A DNA stretch of 64,000 nt from Candidatus Bathyarchaeota archaeon (lineage in GTDB: Archaea > Thermoproteota > Bathyarchaeia > 40CM-2-53-6 > RBG-13-38-9), in assembly GCA_963807605.1 (NCBI GenBank), contig CAWECG010000003.1:288001-352000 (forward strand), given 5' to 3'. The notes under the pieces were generated by a model. The model was not told where the DNA came from. It saw nothing but the letters and a program-made list of their open reading frames with translations, and searched no databases. Of the stretch, positions 39,788-50,395 are shown piece by piece (the first letter of the stretch is position 1; each line of letters opens with the position of its first letter). The position numbers and the translations under genes are program-made.

Positions 39788-40324
39788 GTGACTGTACAGA
39801 ACGTTGTCGCCACGGCAAATCTAAAACAACATCTAGATCTCGACACTATTGCACGATTATTCCCTGGAGTTCAGTATCGACCGCGAGAGTTTCCAGGACT
39901 CGTTTTCCGGTTGAAGAACCCTAAGACCGCGACACTCATCTTCAGCACTGGAAAGATGGTCTGCACCGGATCCAAGTCAGAACGGCAGGCAAAAAGAGCA
40001 GTGGCAAATATTGCGGCTGAACTCAAGAGAAATGGAATTGTAATCGTCGGAAGAATCGACATTCAGGTGCAGAACATAGTAGCTTCAGGTGGACTAGGCG
40101 GCTCCATCGACCTAGATAAGACAATCTATTCATTGAAGAAGACGATCTATGAGCCTGAGCAGTTTCCAGGACTCATCTATCGTATGGACGAGCCTAAAGT
40201 GGTTATGCTCCTCTTCGCAAGTGGAAACTTTGTCTGCACTGGAGCGAAGAAGGAAGAAGATGTTCGCCGTGCCGTAACCAAACTTCAGGAGACGCTTGAA
40301 GAGAAAGAGCTCATCAGCTATTAG
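39788..40324 (+). CDS. tbp: TATA-box binding protein
   Basis: Two repeats QNVVAT...FPGLVFRL...LIFSTGKMVCTG and QNIVAS...YEPEQFPGLIYR...LFASG..VCTG. In-frame upstream TCG-GCA-AAG may be a mutated TTG start. Confidence 0.95.
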   Translation: MTVQNVVATANLKQHLDLDTIARLFPGVQYRPREFPGLVFRLKNPKTATLIFSTGKMVCTGSKSERQAKRAVANIAAELKRNGIVIVGRIDIQVQNIVASGGLGGSIDLDKTIYSLKKTIYEPEQFPGLIYRMDEPKVVMLLFASGNFVCTGAKKEEDVRRAVTKLQETLEEKELISY

Positions 40325-40667
40325 ACAGATGAGATGATGCGCTATTCAAACGCGACATCAATAATATTGCTTTTATGCAGGCGTCAAAAGAGTAGAGAAG
40401 ATCAGTCCCTTGAGGAAGGCGTACTCGAGGACAGTGAAGTCGTAGAAACTTAGGTGTCTTTCAGGAACTCGTCTAGAGACTTATTCTGACTTAACACGAG
40501 CCACAGCTTCACTTTTTCGACACCATATTTATTCCAGACTGACATTTTAGACCCGAGAAATCAGAGATCTAAGATAGATATCAAGGATAGAGGAAAGTGA
40601 ACGAAATCCCCTATCGGGGGATGGGGAGAAACCGTGCGAGTAACCGCGTACCAAGAGAAACTTAGAA

Positions 40668-41678
40668 ATGTGGGAAAAGGGAGATGTGACAACTATGCAG
40701 TGTACTCTGCCATCCTTTGATGAGATGCTTACGAAGTTCTCTGCAAGACTGGTGAGGTCAAGAACAGAGGTTTTGCAGGTCAATGTCACCAATACCTGTA
40801 ACCAAGAATGTAACCACTGCTATGTCGATGCTGGACCTTACAGAACAGACACAATGGATTTGAATACTCTGAGTGCTTGCCTGGAGTTCCTCAGATTGTC
40901 AAAGGTTGAAAGAGTAGAGATTACCGGAGGGGCTCCGGAACTGTATCCTAACTTCGAGGAATTGATCAAGTCCATTTCCAGGATAAAGAAAAAGATAGTT
41001 GTGAGATCCAATCTGACAGTACTTCTTGAACCAGGCAAAGAGCATCTGCCAGACTTCTACAGGAGGTACAAAGTAGAGCTCTACTGCTCACTACCATGCT
41101 ACACCAAAGAGAACGTCGACAGACAAAGGGGAGAGGGAACATTCTGGAAAAGTATCCGCGCTCTACACCTCCTCAATGATGCTGGTTACGGGAAAGACCA
41201 ATCATTAGTTCTCAATCTAGTTTATAATCCAGGTGGGGCCTTCCTCCCGCCACCTACGCAGGAGTTAGAAGAGGATTACAGAGAAGTACTTCGCAAAGAG
41301 CATGGAATATTCCTTGATCATGTTATAACCCTGACTAATATGCCGATAAATCGTTTCGACAGATGGCTGAGAACCGAGGGACTGTACGAACAATACATGA
41401 CTCTCCTCTACGAGAGCTTCAACCCGGCAACTCTACAGGGCCTCATGTGCAAATACTACTTGAACGTGGGATGGGACGGAAGGCTCTACGACTGTGACTT
41501 TAACCAAATGCTCAGCTTTAATATCCGTGACCCACAGACAGGAAAACTGTTGACCATAGACTCAGTCGATGATAGAAGTCTGGAAGGCATGAAGATACGC
41601 ACTGGCACACACTGCTATGGTTGCACTGCTGGGAGGGGCAGTAGCTGCAAAGGCGAGATAGTAAATAAAGGAACCTAA
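40668..41678 (+). CDS. arsS: ArsS-family radical SAM protein (arsenosugar biosynthesis type, DUF3641 tail)
   Basis: LQVN....CNQECNHC.V.AGP, ITGGAPEL, SLPCY, LVYNP.G..LP, YDCDFNQML, HCYGCTAG.GSSC.G. Confidence 0.85.
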   Translation: MWEKGDVTTMQCTLPSFDEMLTKFSARLVRSRTEVLQVNVTNTCNQECNHCYVDAGPYRTDTMDLNTLSACLEFLRLSKVERVEITGGAPELYPNFEELIKSISRIKKKIVVRSNLTVLLEPGKEHLPDFYRRYKVELYCSLPCYTKENVDRQRGEGTFWKSIRALHLLNDAGYGKDQSLVLNLVYNPGGAFLPPPTQELEEDYREVLRKEHGIFLDHVITLTNMPINRFDRWLRTEGLYEQYMTLLYESFNPATLQGLMCKYYLNVGWDGRLYDCDFNQMLSFNIRDPQTGKLLTIDSVDDRSLEGMKIRTGTHCYGCTAGRGSSCKGEIVNKGT

Positions 41679-41800
41679 TCGAGTCAGTTCAGGCAGTTGT
41701 CATTATTCTCACATCGCTGCCAAGAATGGTGTACAAATGCGTTTTGGAGCTGCACATGAACATAGGATTAATAGCGCGCGCTATTGGTTTTTAATGGTTT

Positions 41801-42190
41801 TTATTCTTCTCTGATCATATGGGGGCAGACGTACGGACTACAGTTTCTCCTCTTTGTCCTGCAGAATCCACCTTTGCTGTGCTTGCATATTTGCTTGAGC
41901 TTGGTGAAGGTGAGGGTGACAAGGCTTGTGTGAGGTTCTTTGAGAGTGGGATCGACTTGTCGCCTGAGTTTTGGGGTCAAAGTGTAACTGTATTTCGGTC
42001 TACCACGTCTATTTTCAACCTTTTCTGTTCTTAGAATTAAGCCTTCATTTATCAAGCGTTGCAGGTGACGCTTCAACGTATTATGGGAGAGCCCACTTTT
42101 GGCAAGGATCTCTTTGAAAGTCTTTGCTGAGCCGTCTTTCAGTGGGTCTAGGATAAGCCGATCTAAGGAATCCATACCATCAAGATACAA
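41801..42190 (-). CDS. Winged-helix transcriptional regulator with Cys-rich C-terminus
   Basis: LSHNTL..HL..L, RGRP.Y.Y, CKH.KGGFC......C....CP. Confidence 0.75.
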   Translation of the reverse strand: MYLDGMDSLDRLILDPLKDGSAKTFKEILAKSGLSHNTLKRHLQRLINEGLILRTEKVENRRGRPKYSYTLTPKLRRQVDPTLKEPHTSLVTLTFTKLKQICKHSKGGFCRTKRRNCSPYVCPHMIREE

Positions 42191-42297
42191 AAAGACGAAT
42201 ATTAAAAGCCATTTTTAGCCATTTTTGCAAGAAGCTCGCGCACACGAGGTAGACATATAAGGACGGATTTCCCTTTGCGATAGTGTAGGTGTTCAAT

Positions 42298-43680
42298 TTG
42301 AGTGATGAAAAACCTAGCGAAGAAAAGAAGGTTGAAGAGAAGACGACTGAAGAGAAGAAGAATATTACTAGACGTGCCTATCTGAAATACGCTGGCGGCA
42401 TTGTTGCTGTGGGTGTGATAGCTGCTGCTGGATACGGAGCTTACCAGTTTTACGGAAAGCCTGCGACCCCAACTGGCACTACTCCAACTCCAACTATGAC
42501 AAGCACTGGCGGCCAGAAACTGACAGTGAAAGTTGGTGGAACCAAGCCTCTAACCGGCGTTGTGTCTCTATTCGGTATAGATGAAGATCGTGGGTTGACA
42601 ATCTGGGCGAATAAGTGGGTCAACGACAAAGGTGGGATAAAGGCTGGAGACGGAAACACGTACATGGTCGATTTGGATATCTACAATGATGAGTCAAAGC
42701 CTGAGAATGTCAGCAGATTCTATGAGAAACTGATCAGCGAGGATAAAGTCGACTTCCTGGTGGGCCCTGTTTGGGGGCCTCTTGGCCAAGCAACGGTTGC
42801 TACAGTGGAGAAGTATCATAAACTGGAGATATGGGGAGAGTCTACCTTTGACCCGTCACTGTGGAAAGACTGGAAATATTGCATGATGGTGCAGACTAAC
42901 GGAAGCGAGTATCTGAACAGTCTAAACGACATGATCATCAGCAAGATCCTCCCCCAAGATCCTACTGCAAGTAACATAGCGATAGTTTACACCGACGACG
43001 CGTTTGGAAACGTAGCTGGAACATATGGTCTTGCGTATGCGAAGAAGCAATCTCAGCTTAACATAGTCTTCAATGAGAAGGTGTCTTTTGACTCAACAGA
43101 TTTTACTCCGGTACTCACAAGGGTCAAAGCGGCTAACCCAACGATTCTATTATTCGAAGCCGGCGTTAAAGCACCGCTTGTTGCAAAGGGTGTTCGGGAG
43201 ATCGGGCTTGATCTGAAAATGCTGTACTGTGGCACAGGAGCAGTCTACCCGTCATTCTACAGCGGACTAGGCCCCAAGTATGGTGAAGACCAGGTCTCTA
43301 TAACTCAGTGGGTTGTAGGAGAGGATTACCCGGTCACTTATGGGCCGACGGAGGACTGGTTCGTTTCACAATACGAGGCTCTCTCCAGCGGCACAGCGCC
43401 CGGCTACACGTCGGGGACGGGTTTCACGCAGGGCCTTATCCTGCAAGCCGCGATGGAGAAGTGTAGTAACCCGCTGGACTCGGACGCGATGAGGCAGGCT
43501 GTCAGTGCTGTGAAATTCACCGATTTCTTCGGTGACATTGCATTCGACCCGGTGACAGGCTGGCAGACAGGCCACAAGATGTCAATCCTCCAGTGGCAGG
43601 ACGGCAACCCAGTCTGCGTCTACCCGGTTGAAAGGTCGCCGCTGAGATATCCAATGGCAAAATGGTCTACAATTAAGTAG
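42298..43680 (+). CDS. Branched-chain amino acid-type ABC substrate-binding protein, paralog of 29959
   Basis: TRRAYLKY Tat-like signal; long identical stretches shared with the 29959 protein. Confidence 0.88.
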   Translation: MSDEKPSEEKKVEEKTTEEKKNITRRAYLKYAGGIVAVGVIAAAGYGAYQFYGKPATPTGTTPTPTMTSTGGQKLTVKVGGTKPLTGVVSLFGIDEDRGLTIWANKWVNDKGGIKAGDGNTYMVDLDIYNDESKPENVSRFYEKLISEDKVDFLVGPVWGPLGQATVATVEKYHKLEIWGESTFDPSLWKDWKYCMMVQTNGSEYLNSLNDMIISKILPQDPTASNIAIVYTDDAFGNVAGTYGLAYAKKQSQLNIVFNEKVSFDSTDFTPVLTRVKAANPTILLFEAGVKAPLVAKGVREIGLDLKMLYCGTGAVYPSFYSGLGPKYGEDQVSITQWVVGEDYPVTYGPTEDWFVSQYEALSSGTAPGYTSGTGFTQGLILQAAMEKCSNPLDSDAMRQAVSAVKFTDFFGDIAFDPVTGWQTGHKMSILQWQDGNPVCVYPVERSPLRYPMAKWSTIK

Positions 43681-43994
43681 GCCACACTTCCCCTTTTTCT
43701 TTTTTGTTAGACGTATTGACACAGCATTGGCAATTTTCGCGTAAAATTGAAACCGTACGCCATACTGCTACCGATATGTTCTGCGAGTGCAGCGAGCAGT
43801 TTTTTTTGGGTGGTGGTGGCCATAGTTGGTGAGGGCACCTGAATTTGAACCGTTAGGTATTGATTTGTGAGTGTATCCTTAGGTGAGAGCATCTTGATTG
43901 TATTAGTCGCAGCCAGCCCTACAGAGGGAAAGGATCTCGTGTTAAATGTTGATTGCATCTATCAAAAACTGATGGAATAGGTGGCGCTTCTCAT

Positions 43995-44780
43995 ATGAGG
44001 ATCCAGTTTCTTGGTTCAGGAACTATAATTCCAACAGCCAAAAGGTCTTACGCTTCAATAATTGTGGATGTGGCTTCGGAGAAGATCCTCATGGATATCG
44101 GTCCAGCCACTCTGTACAAACTCTACAAATCTGGTTCGAAATTGGATGAGATAAATCAGTTGTTGCTGACCCACTTCCATATTGACCATGCTGCCGACTA
44201 CCTTCCACTGATACATTCCAAAGCCTTCAATCCTGAAACCGGGGAGATGGAGCCGAAAGGAACACTCACAATTTATGGACCAAAGGGTCTAATGACTTTC
44301 ACAAGGGATCTCCTTGAGAAGGTCGAGCCTTGGAACCGAGTCTCTGAAGCCATTAGTCGCAGCAGATACCTGGTTCTCTATGAAGTTAGCGCAGGCACCT
44401 TCAAGAAAGGCCCCAATTGGGCCGGAGGTGCGACCTCGGTCCAACACGCAGGCGGAGTAGCATACAGAGTAGAGAGTGAAGGCCGGTCAATCACCTACTC
44501 AGGCGATACCGTACCAGATAAGAACCTGATCGAGTTGGCAAAGCGAACAGACCTACTCATATACGAATGCTCCTTCCCAAGCAAGGATCTCCTCGTTGGT
44601 CTGCACACAACGGCTTCGGAGCTCGGGCTGATAGCCGCTGATGCGGAATGCAAAAGACTCGTGTTAACGCATCTCTATCCAGTGTGCGAAGGAAGAATAG
44701 ACGAGATGGTCAGAAGAATCTCAGAAGATTATGATGGCGAGATTATCGTCGCGGAAGACTACATGCAACTATCAGTGTAG
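43995..44780 (+). CDS. MBL-fold metallo-hydrolase (RNase Z-like)
   Basis: FLGSG, THFHIDH, YSGDT, LH, LTHLY. Confidence 0.85.
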   Translation: MRIQFLGSGTIIPTAKRSYASIIVDVASEKILMDIGPATLYKLYKSGSKLDEINQLLLTHFHIDHAADYLPLIHSKAFNPETGEMEPKGTLTIYGPKGLMTFTRDLLEKVEPWNRVSEAISRSRYLVLYEVSAGTFKKGPNWAGGATSVQHAGGVAYRVESEGRSITYSGDTVPDKNLIELAKRTDLLIYECSFPSKDLLVGLHTTASELGLIAADAECKRLVLTHLYPVCEGRIDEMVRRISEDYDGEIIVAEDYMQLSV

Positions 44781-44907
44781 GTCTCCGATTTCAAGACTGT
44801 CTGTGACTGATAAATATCTATGTGTTAACAGCTCAAGTGCGCGTATGCACCGAAAGTGCGTTGATCGGATTGCGGGATCCGGCGTGTACTTCTTTGTGAG
44901 CGTTGTT

Positions 44908-45960
44908 CTAGGCCCGCTCTCTTTTTGGAGGTTGGTAGATGCAATATGGCTCCTCACCTAGTACGTCACCGCTGGTTGCATATGCTCGCGCCCTGCACCC
45001 TCCACAGACCTCTTGGTAGAGGCAGCCTCCACATTTCCCCTTCAAGAGTTTCCTGTCTCTCAGTTGAAGGAATAGAGGGGATGAATTGTAGATTTCGGAG
45101 AAGGTTTTTTGCCTGATGTTGCCTGCCGAGACAGGTAGATAACCGCATCCGTAGACGTCGCCGATATGGGAGACAAAGCAGAAGCCGTCTCCTGTCATGC
45201 ATCCTCGGCCGATTCCGGTTCCATGCCTGCCCAAACTGGATGTTGCAGGGCGGTCTTGCGCCCCTTTGGTTTGGAGCAGGATACGATTGTACTGGGGTGC
45301 GCATGTCAATCTTATTGGGATCTTGGATCGGCGAGACAGATCATAAGCAAACCTAAGTACATTTTCATATTCTGTTGGAGAAACTTCCATCTCACTTGTT
45401 GCTCTTCCTGTTGGAACTAGCATGAAGATGTCCCAACATTCAGCGCCAAGATCCACCGCGAGATTATGCAGGTTATCCAAGTCGTGGAGATTGTACTTGG
45501 TGATTGTTGTAAGGATCCTGAAGAGCAATCCAGCGCTTTTTATGGACTCCACAGTCTGCATAGCCATTTTGAAAGCGCCCTCGATACCCCTGAAATTATC
45601 ATGCACAACCGGCTTCGAACCGTCTATGCTTAGCGAGACACGCCTGACGCCTGTTGAATAGATGTTCGAAGCCGTTTCTGGGGCTACATCACCATTCAGA
45701 GCTATCGCCACGTGAAACTCTCTATCCACCGCGTATCGGGCTATTTTGAAGATATCATCTCTGAGCAACGGATCCCCCCCTGTGATTATGAAGACTGGCT
45801 TTGCTATCTGCGCGATCTCGTCTATCAATTCCTTGGCTTCTTGAGTACTCAATTGTCTTGGATCAGGATGAAGTTGCGCAATAGCCCTGCAGTGCTTACA
45901 GGCAAACTTACATGCCCTCGTGGACTCCCATGCCACTAAGCGTAGTCTATCGCCGCTCAA
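44908..45960 (-). CDS. Radical SAM/SPASM protein, AhbD/NirJ-like (heme b synthase family)
   Basis: AWESTRACKFACKHCRA, TGGDPLLR, LVPTGR, TCAPQY, GC..G..FCFVSH.G.V.GCGY, CGGCRARA. Confidence 0.8.
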   Translation of the reverse strand: MSGDRLRLVAWESTRACKFACKHCRAIAQLHPDPRQLSTQEAKELIDEIAQIAKPVFIITGGDPLLRDDIFKIARYAVDREFHVAIALNGDVAPETASNIYSTGVRRVSLSIDGSKPVVHDNFRGIEGAFKMAMQTVESIKSAGLLFRILTTITKYNLHDLDNLHNLAVDLGAECWDIFMLVPTGRATSEMEVSPTEYENVLRFAYDLSRRSKIPIRLTCAPQYNRILLQTKGAQDRPATSSLGRHGTGIGRGCMTGDGFCFVSHIGDVYGCGYLPVSAGNIRQKTFSEIYNSSPLFLQLRDRKLLKGKCGGCLYQEVCGGCRARAYATSGDVLGEEPYCIYQPPKRERA

Positions 45961-46052
45961 CTTGTCTTCCTCATAAGTCGGGTTTGTAGATAATGAGTCT
46001 CAGCGCCCTTAGCGTTGGATCATGGCAGGCGATATCTGTTTCGTCTTTATCC

Positions 46053-46577
46053 TCATCCACTTTTGTCAGTGCACACGACCCCCAGTCGTTCAGCCAATTC
46101 CTTAAGCTCTGATTCTGATATCCAATCGACCCTCATATACTCGTAGATCTCTAGGTCAGAGAGCCCTATCCTTCTCGCTTCAGCAACAGCATTTGAAAAA
46201 GCCTCCAGCTCTGTGGGCCTCCTAACGTAGCTGTACTTTTGGTCGTAAAGGCCGTAACCTTGCTTGAATTGTTTGATGTGAGTCAACTCATGCACTAGAT
46301 CTAGATAGATGAATTCCTTTCTTCCTCTCCTCAAATAATCCGGGCGGATCAATAGTCTGCCGTCAACATCTCTGACTCTCATATACCATACATCGGTTGT
46401 CGTTAGCTCAAGATCCAACTCTCGGAGTTCATCGATTTCTCGTTGATCCTTGAAGAGTCTCCGAATAGCAGGTGAATCCTCAAATCCTGAAAAGATCTCC
46501 TTGAACTTATATCTGCCCGGCGTTGTGTTTCTTGATATCTTGAATCTCTTAATCGCAAAATCTTCCTCAGCGCTCAC
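46053..46577 (-). CDS. Small HExxH zincin-like protein
   Basis: LVHELTH..Q, Y.RRPTELEA. Confidence 0.65.
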   Translation of the reverse strand: MSAEEDFAIKRFKISRNTTPGRYKFKEIFSGFEDSPAIRRLFKDQREIDELRELDLELTTTDVWYMRVRDVDGRLLIRPDYLRRGRKEFIYLDLVHELTHIKQFKQGYGLYDQKYSYVRRPTELEAFSNAVAEARRIGLSDLEIYEYMRVDWISESELKELAERLGVVCTDKSG

Positions 46578-46813
46578 CTTCCAACACCATCAGCGTTACT
46601 TCCGACACCGATCCAATTGATCTACCACAGGATCAGCAGAGACAGATCTGAATCAATATACAGATTCCACTCGACATATGCCCGCAGCCAGAATATTTAG
46701 TTACCTCAGGTGCTACAACAAGGTTCTTATGCCCAGAATGAAGAGAGGCAATCGTCAGAGTCTGACAGAAAAAATGTTTTCAGCAATAACATCACGAGAC
46801 GAAAGATAGTCAA

Positions 46814-47830
46814 ATGAAACGTATCATACTTCTGATAATATTCTTACAGATTCTTGAAGTTACTCCAGCCGTAAATGTCTCACTGGGCATGGCACCCTCA
46901 ACAGAACCTAAAGTCTCACTCGGCACACTCACTGTTCCTGAGAAAGTCCTGCCCAGCCAGAAGTTTGAGGTCAACATCTCAGTAACATACTCCTGTAAGG
47001 AAAGGACAATGAGCAACATCGGAATCTACGACTTCAGCTCTGAAATGATCAGCGAGCCCAGAGTGTTTTTCCTCGAAGGGAACGGTTCCAAGTCCTTTCT
47101 ATTCAACTTCCAAGCTGCCCCCACGGAGAGTGAGCTGAAGTACGAGGCTCTATTGAGATATTGGTACCAGGGGGGATGGATTTATGAAAACAAGTCGCTC
47201 CAACAACCCTTCTCCGTAAATGTTACTGATGAGATACGAATGAGCATAATTCTACCCGAGCCTGATTCGAAAATCAAGATAGATGAAATGGAAAACCACA
47301 CAGATAGTTACGGAGTCTTCACAAGTACTGTGAAGCCGGGAAGGCATCTGATCAACGTTCCCAGAGAGATAAACTTGACAAAAGATTCGAGGTTGATTTT
47401 TCTGCGTTGGAGCGACGGCTCAACAAGCAACCCTACAGTGGCTGAAATTCAAGGGGATACAAATCTAACTGCCCAATACGAGACTGAATACTACCTGACT
47501 GTCAGGTCAGATTTTGGAGAGACTCAAGGCGAAGGTTGGTATCCTTCAGGATCAACTGCAACCTTCTCAGTTCCAAGGTCAGTACGAAATTCCATTCTGA
47601 ATCCTTTTGAAGAAAACGTCTTCGAGAAATGGAGCGGAGACTCAGATGCTCTGACACCTACCGCCCAGATCACGATGACTTCTCCAAGAAATGTTGTAGC
47701 TCAGTGGCAAGTATGTCAGACGTCTAACATTGTCATTTCAATCATCCCAATTGCGTTGATCGTCATGATCATCGACACTGGAATACTTGCATACATCGTT
47801 CTTAGAAGGAGGCGTTCAGGGCGTGGTTAG
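46814..47830 (+). CDS. Cell-surface protein with InlB B-repeat-like domains and C-terminal TM
   Basis: Signal, F..WSDG, YYLTV.S..G...GEGWY..G, F..WSGD, TM plus RRRR. Confidence 0.75.
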   Translation: MKRIILLIIFLQILEVTPAVNVSLGMAPSTEPKVSLGTLTVPEKVLPSQKFEVNISVTYSCKERTMSNIGIYDFSSEMISEPRVFFLEGNGSKSFLFNFQAAPTESELKYEALLRYWYQGGWIYENKSLQQPFSVNVTDEIRMSIILPEPDSKIKIDEMENHTDSYGVFTSTVKPGRHLINVPREINLTKDSRLIFLRWSDGSTSNPTVAEIQGDTNLTAQYETEYYLTVRSDFGETQGEGWYPSGSTATFSVPRSVRNSILNPFEENVFEKWSGDSDALTPTAQITMTSPRNVVAQWQVCQTSNIVISIIPIALIVMIIDTGILAYIVLRRRRSGRG

Positions 47831-49625
47831 GTTGGAAGTAGTGTTAACCCTCACGATCATAATGATCTTGTTGCCTTTCAACGCTGCAACGGCTGAGACT
47901 CCTCACAGAGAGGCTTCCATTGAAAAGATAGTTGGTTACAGTTGGTATTATTGGCCTAAGCCCGAGTCCGATTCTTGCATTTTGTGGCTGGGGGGCGGTC
48001 AAACTCTGCCCAGCTATGTTACGGTAAACCCGTACAGATTAGAGTCCTTGAATACCATGCGTTTCATAGACGATCTGTCGAGACGATATGGTATGCTGGC
48101 CCTAAGTGAAGGGGAGATTACGTATGGAACTGATAGCAAGCTTGTGTCTAAAATATGCGCGTGGATCCGAGACGCTGGCTACAAGTTTGCATTTGTCGTA
48201 GGGTACTCAACTGGAGGCAACGCACTCGCATATGAACTTACAATCCCTGAGCAGAATGAGGTCGGCCCAGACGGTGCTATAGTAATTAGCTCGATGTTAA
48301 ATTGGGAACAGATGTTCGAGCAGCACACAACATCAAGTGGTATCGAACTCTACATGAGCGCTCACAACGCTGGAAACGTCCGAAGCAGCATACTTCTGAT
48401 GTACGGTGATGTAGCATGGTTCTGGCACCAGGGAGAAGAGTACTATAGAAACCTTCCCAATGAAGGATGGACTGGGAAACACTGGTTTCTCAAAGACTGG
48501 AGACTCCTGAAGGGTGTCGAACATGAAGTCTTTACCCTAGAGACCGACGGATCTTATGATACAAAACCTCTTGCTATAGCGATAGATTTCATGGAAAGAG
48601 TCAGAGCCTCTAGTTTGAAGAGTATGGAAGGTCTTGTACCTGAAGCACTCCTGCCAGCATCCACGAATAAAACCGGCATGAACAATATTCAGACTTCTTA
48701 TCCCGCGAATGTCCGCGCATACGAACCCTTCCAGATCAACGTGACAATCTCAAATATCGAAGCGGGAGGATTGGGAAAAGTTGCACTCTACGACGAAGAC
48801 ATGCAGTCGTTTGTGACCGTAGCGGAGGGAAATTCCGACAATGCGACACAGTACTCTCTTCCAGTAGTCTGTGTCATGAATCAATCTGTGAGGTGGCTAG
48901 TAGCCGTAGCAATAACAGGCCGGGACGATCCTGGGCGAATTCTTGGAGTCTCAGCGCCCATGCAGATAAGCGTTGAAGACAGACCATTACTCAAGGTTCA
49001 AACTGGGGTAGCATCACTGAGCTTCAAAATTGATGGAGAAGCCTACAACACAGACAATGACGGCATTCTGGAAGTATTTCTAGAAAGAGGAAACCATACG
49101 ATCGAACTTCCCCAAACAGTTCAAATCTCCCAGAATGAAAGGTTGCTCTTCATATCTACGTTAGGTGGTATAGGAAATAACACAATCGAACTGTCTCTGG
49201 ACAAAGATTTCTCAATCGATGCCAGATACAAGACTCAGTACCTCCTAACGGTTGACTCTGAATACGGAACCCCCCAAGGCGGCGGATGGTATGATGCAAA
49301 TAGTACCGCAATTGTAGCTGTGAATACTAGTCTCCAAAAGCCGTCTGATGCAGAGGAGAATCTTGTGTTTAATGGTTGGAGTGACGAGGCGAACAGTAGA
49401 AACCTGCTTCACCGGGTCTATATGGACTCACCCAAAATGATTACAGCGAATTGGACTCATCGTTCTTTGATGCAGGTAGTCGACTCAGCACCAGTCTGGC
49501 CATTCGAGGTTGCGTCAGTTGTTCTGTCGATCGCAACTGTGATTATCTATCTTTTTAGTTTACATGGGTTGAAGATATTTTCGCGCGCGATAGCAAGACT
49601 ATCCAAGATGCACAGGTCAATTTGA
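47823..49625 (+). CDS. Cell-surface alpha/beta-hydrolase-like protein with B-repeat stalk and C-terminal TM
   Basis: LGGG, GYSTGG nucleophile elbow, YGD, GVEHE; YLLTV.S.YG.PQGGGWY repeat; GTG start at 47823. Confidence 0.7.
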   Translation: MVRLEVVLTLTIIMILLPFNAATAETPHREASIEKIVGYSWYYWPKPESDSCILWLGGGQTLPSYVTVNPYRLESLNTMRFIDDLSRRYGMLALSEGEITYGTDSKLVSKICAWIRDAGYKFAFVVGYSTGGNALAYELTIPEQNEVGPDGAIVISSMLNWEQMFEQHTTSSGIELYMSAHNAGNVRSSILLMYGDVAWFWHQGEEYYRNLPNEGWTGKHWFLKDWRLLKGVEHEVFTLETDGSYDTKPLAIAIDFMERVRASSLKSMEGLVPEALLPASTNKTGMNNIQTSYPANVRAYEPFQINVTISNIEAGGLGKVALYDEDMQSFVTVAEGNSDNATQYSLPVVCVMNQSVRWLVAVAITGRDDPGRILGVSAPMQISVEDRPLLKVQTGVASLSFKIDGEAYNTDNDGILEVFLERGNHTIELPQTVQISQNERLLFISTLGGIGNNTIELSLDKDFSIDARYKTQYLLTVDSEYGTPQGGGWYDANSTAIVAVNTSLQKPSDAEENLVFNGWSDEANSRNLLHRVYMDSPKMITANWTHRSLMQVVDSAPVWPFEVASVVLSIATVIIYLFSLHGLKIFSRAIARLSKMHRSI

Positions 49626-49741
49626 CAGTGTGAAGATTATTGTAGGCTTCCTTACTCATCTGGAGTAGCCTTTTGAACGGCAAGTTCATAATTCCCAAGC
49701 TTTAAACAGTCGCTAGGCGGAAGGAGTTTTGGCGAGACATC

Positions 49742-50293
49742 TTGGATTCAACAATCATTTCACCATTAGATTTCATCAAATCTTACAAAGACTCAGGAGT
49801 CTCAGTCCTGGTATGGAAGCCCCCTGGGAACTCAGGAACTCTTCATTCGGAAGGACTTGCCAGCAAGCTTGTTGAGAGGGGTTTCAAAGCAGAGACGCTG
49901 GCAATGCCTGAGCCGCCCCCTGGATATCCTGCTCCTTCTTACTATCCTGAGTTCACTCTGACTATTCTCGATCCGTCGATTGTCGATGCGGTTCTGGGCA
50001 TAGCTTCAGATCGCTTACAGGAGACTTTTCAAGGGGTAAGTAAGGTGACTGTAAAGATAGATGTAGTTCTAAACCAACGGTTCGTTTCTGTCGAAGCAAA
50101 TGGCGCTGCATCCGACGTTGCGAAGACCATTAAAGGTATACCGAAAATAGAGAAATTGGCGTCGTCAAACCTTGTTGCAATCGTAACACAAAACGAGTTG
50201 GACAAAACCACGGCGTCGGAATTCTGTTCGAAGTGTGGAGCGACGATCCCTGCACAATCAGAGTTCTGCTACAAGTGTGGGCAAAGACAATGA
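49742..50293 (+). CDS. Hypothetical protein with C-terminal zinc ribbon
   Basis: FCSKCG......FCYKCG. Confidence 0.65.
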   Translation: MDSTIISPLDFIKSYKDSGVSVLVWKPPGNSGTLHSEGLASKLVERGFKAETLAMPEPPPGYPAPSYYPEFTLTILDPSIVDAVLGIASDRLQETFQGVSKVTVKIDVVLNQRFVSVEANGAASDVAKTIKGIPKIEKLASSNLVAIVTQNELDKTTASEFCSKCGATIPAQSEFCYKCGQRQ

Positions 50294-50395
50294 CTGTAAC
50301 CCGCCTCTATCAGGCCTCCAAACAATTTGAATAAAGTTTAGAAGCCGAGAGACCGTTCTCGTCACTAAAGAAATTAATTCTGGAAAAGCCGCCTT

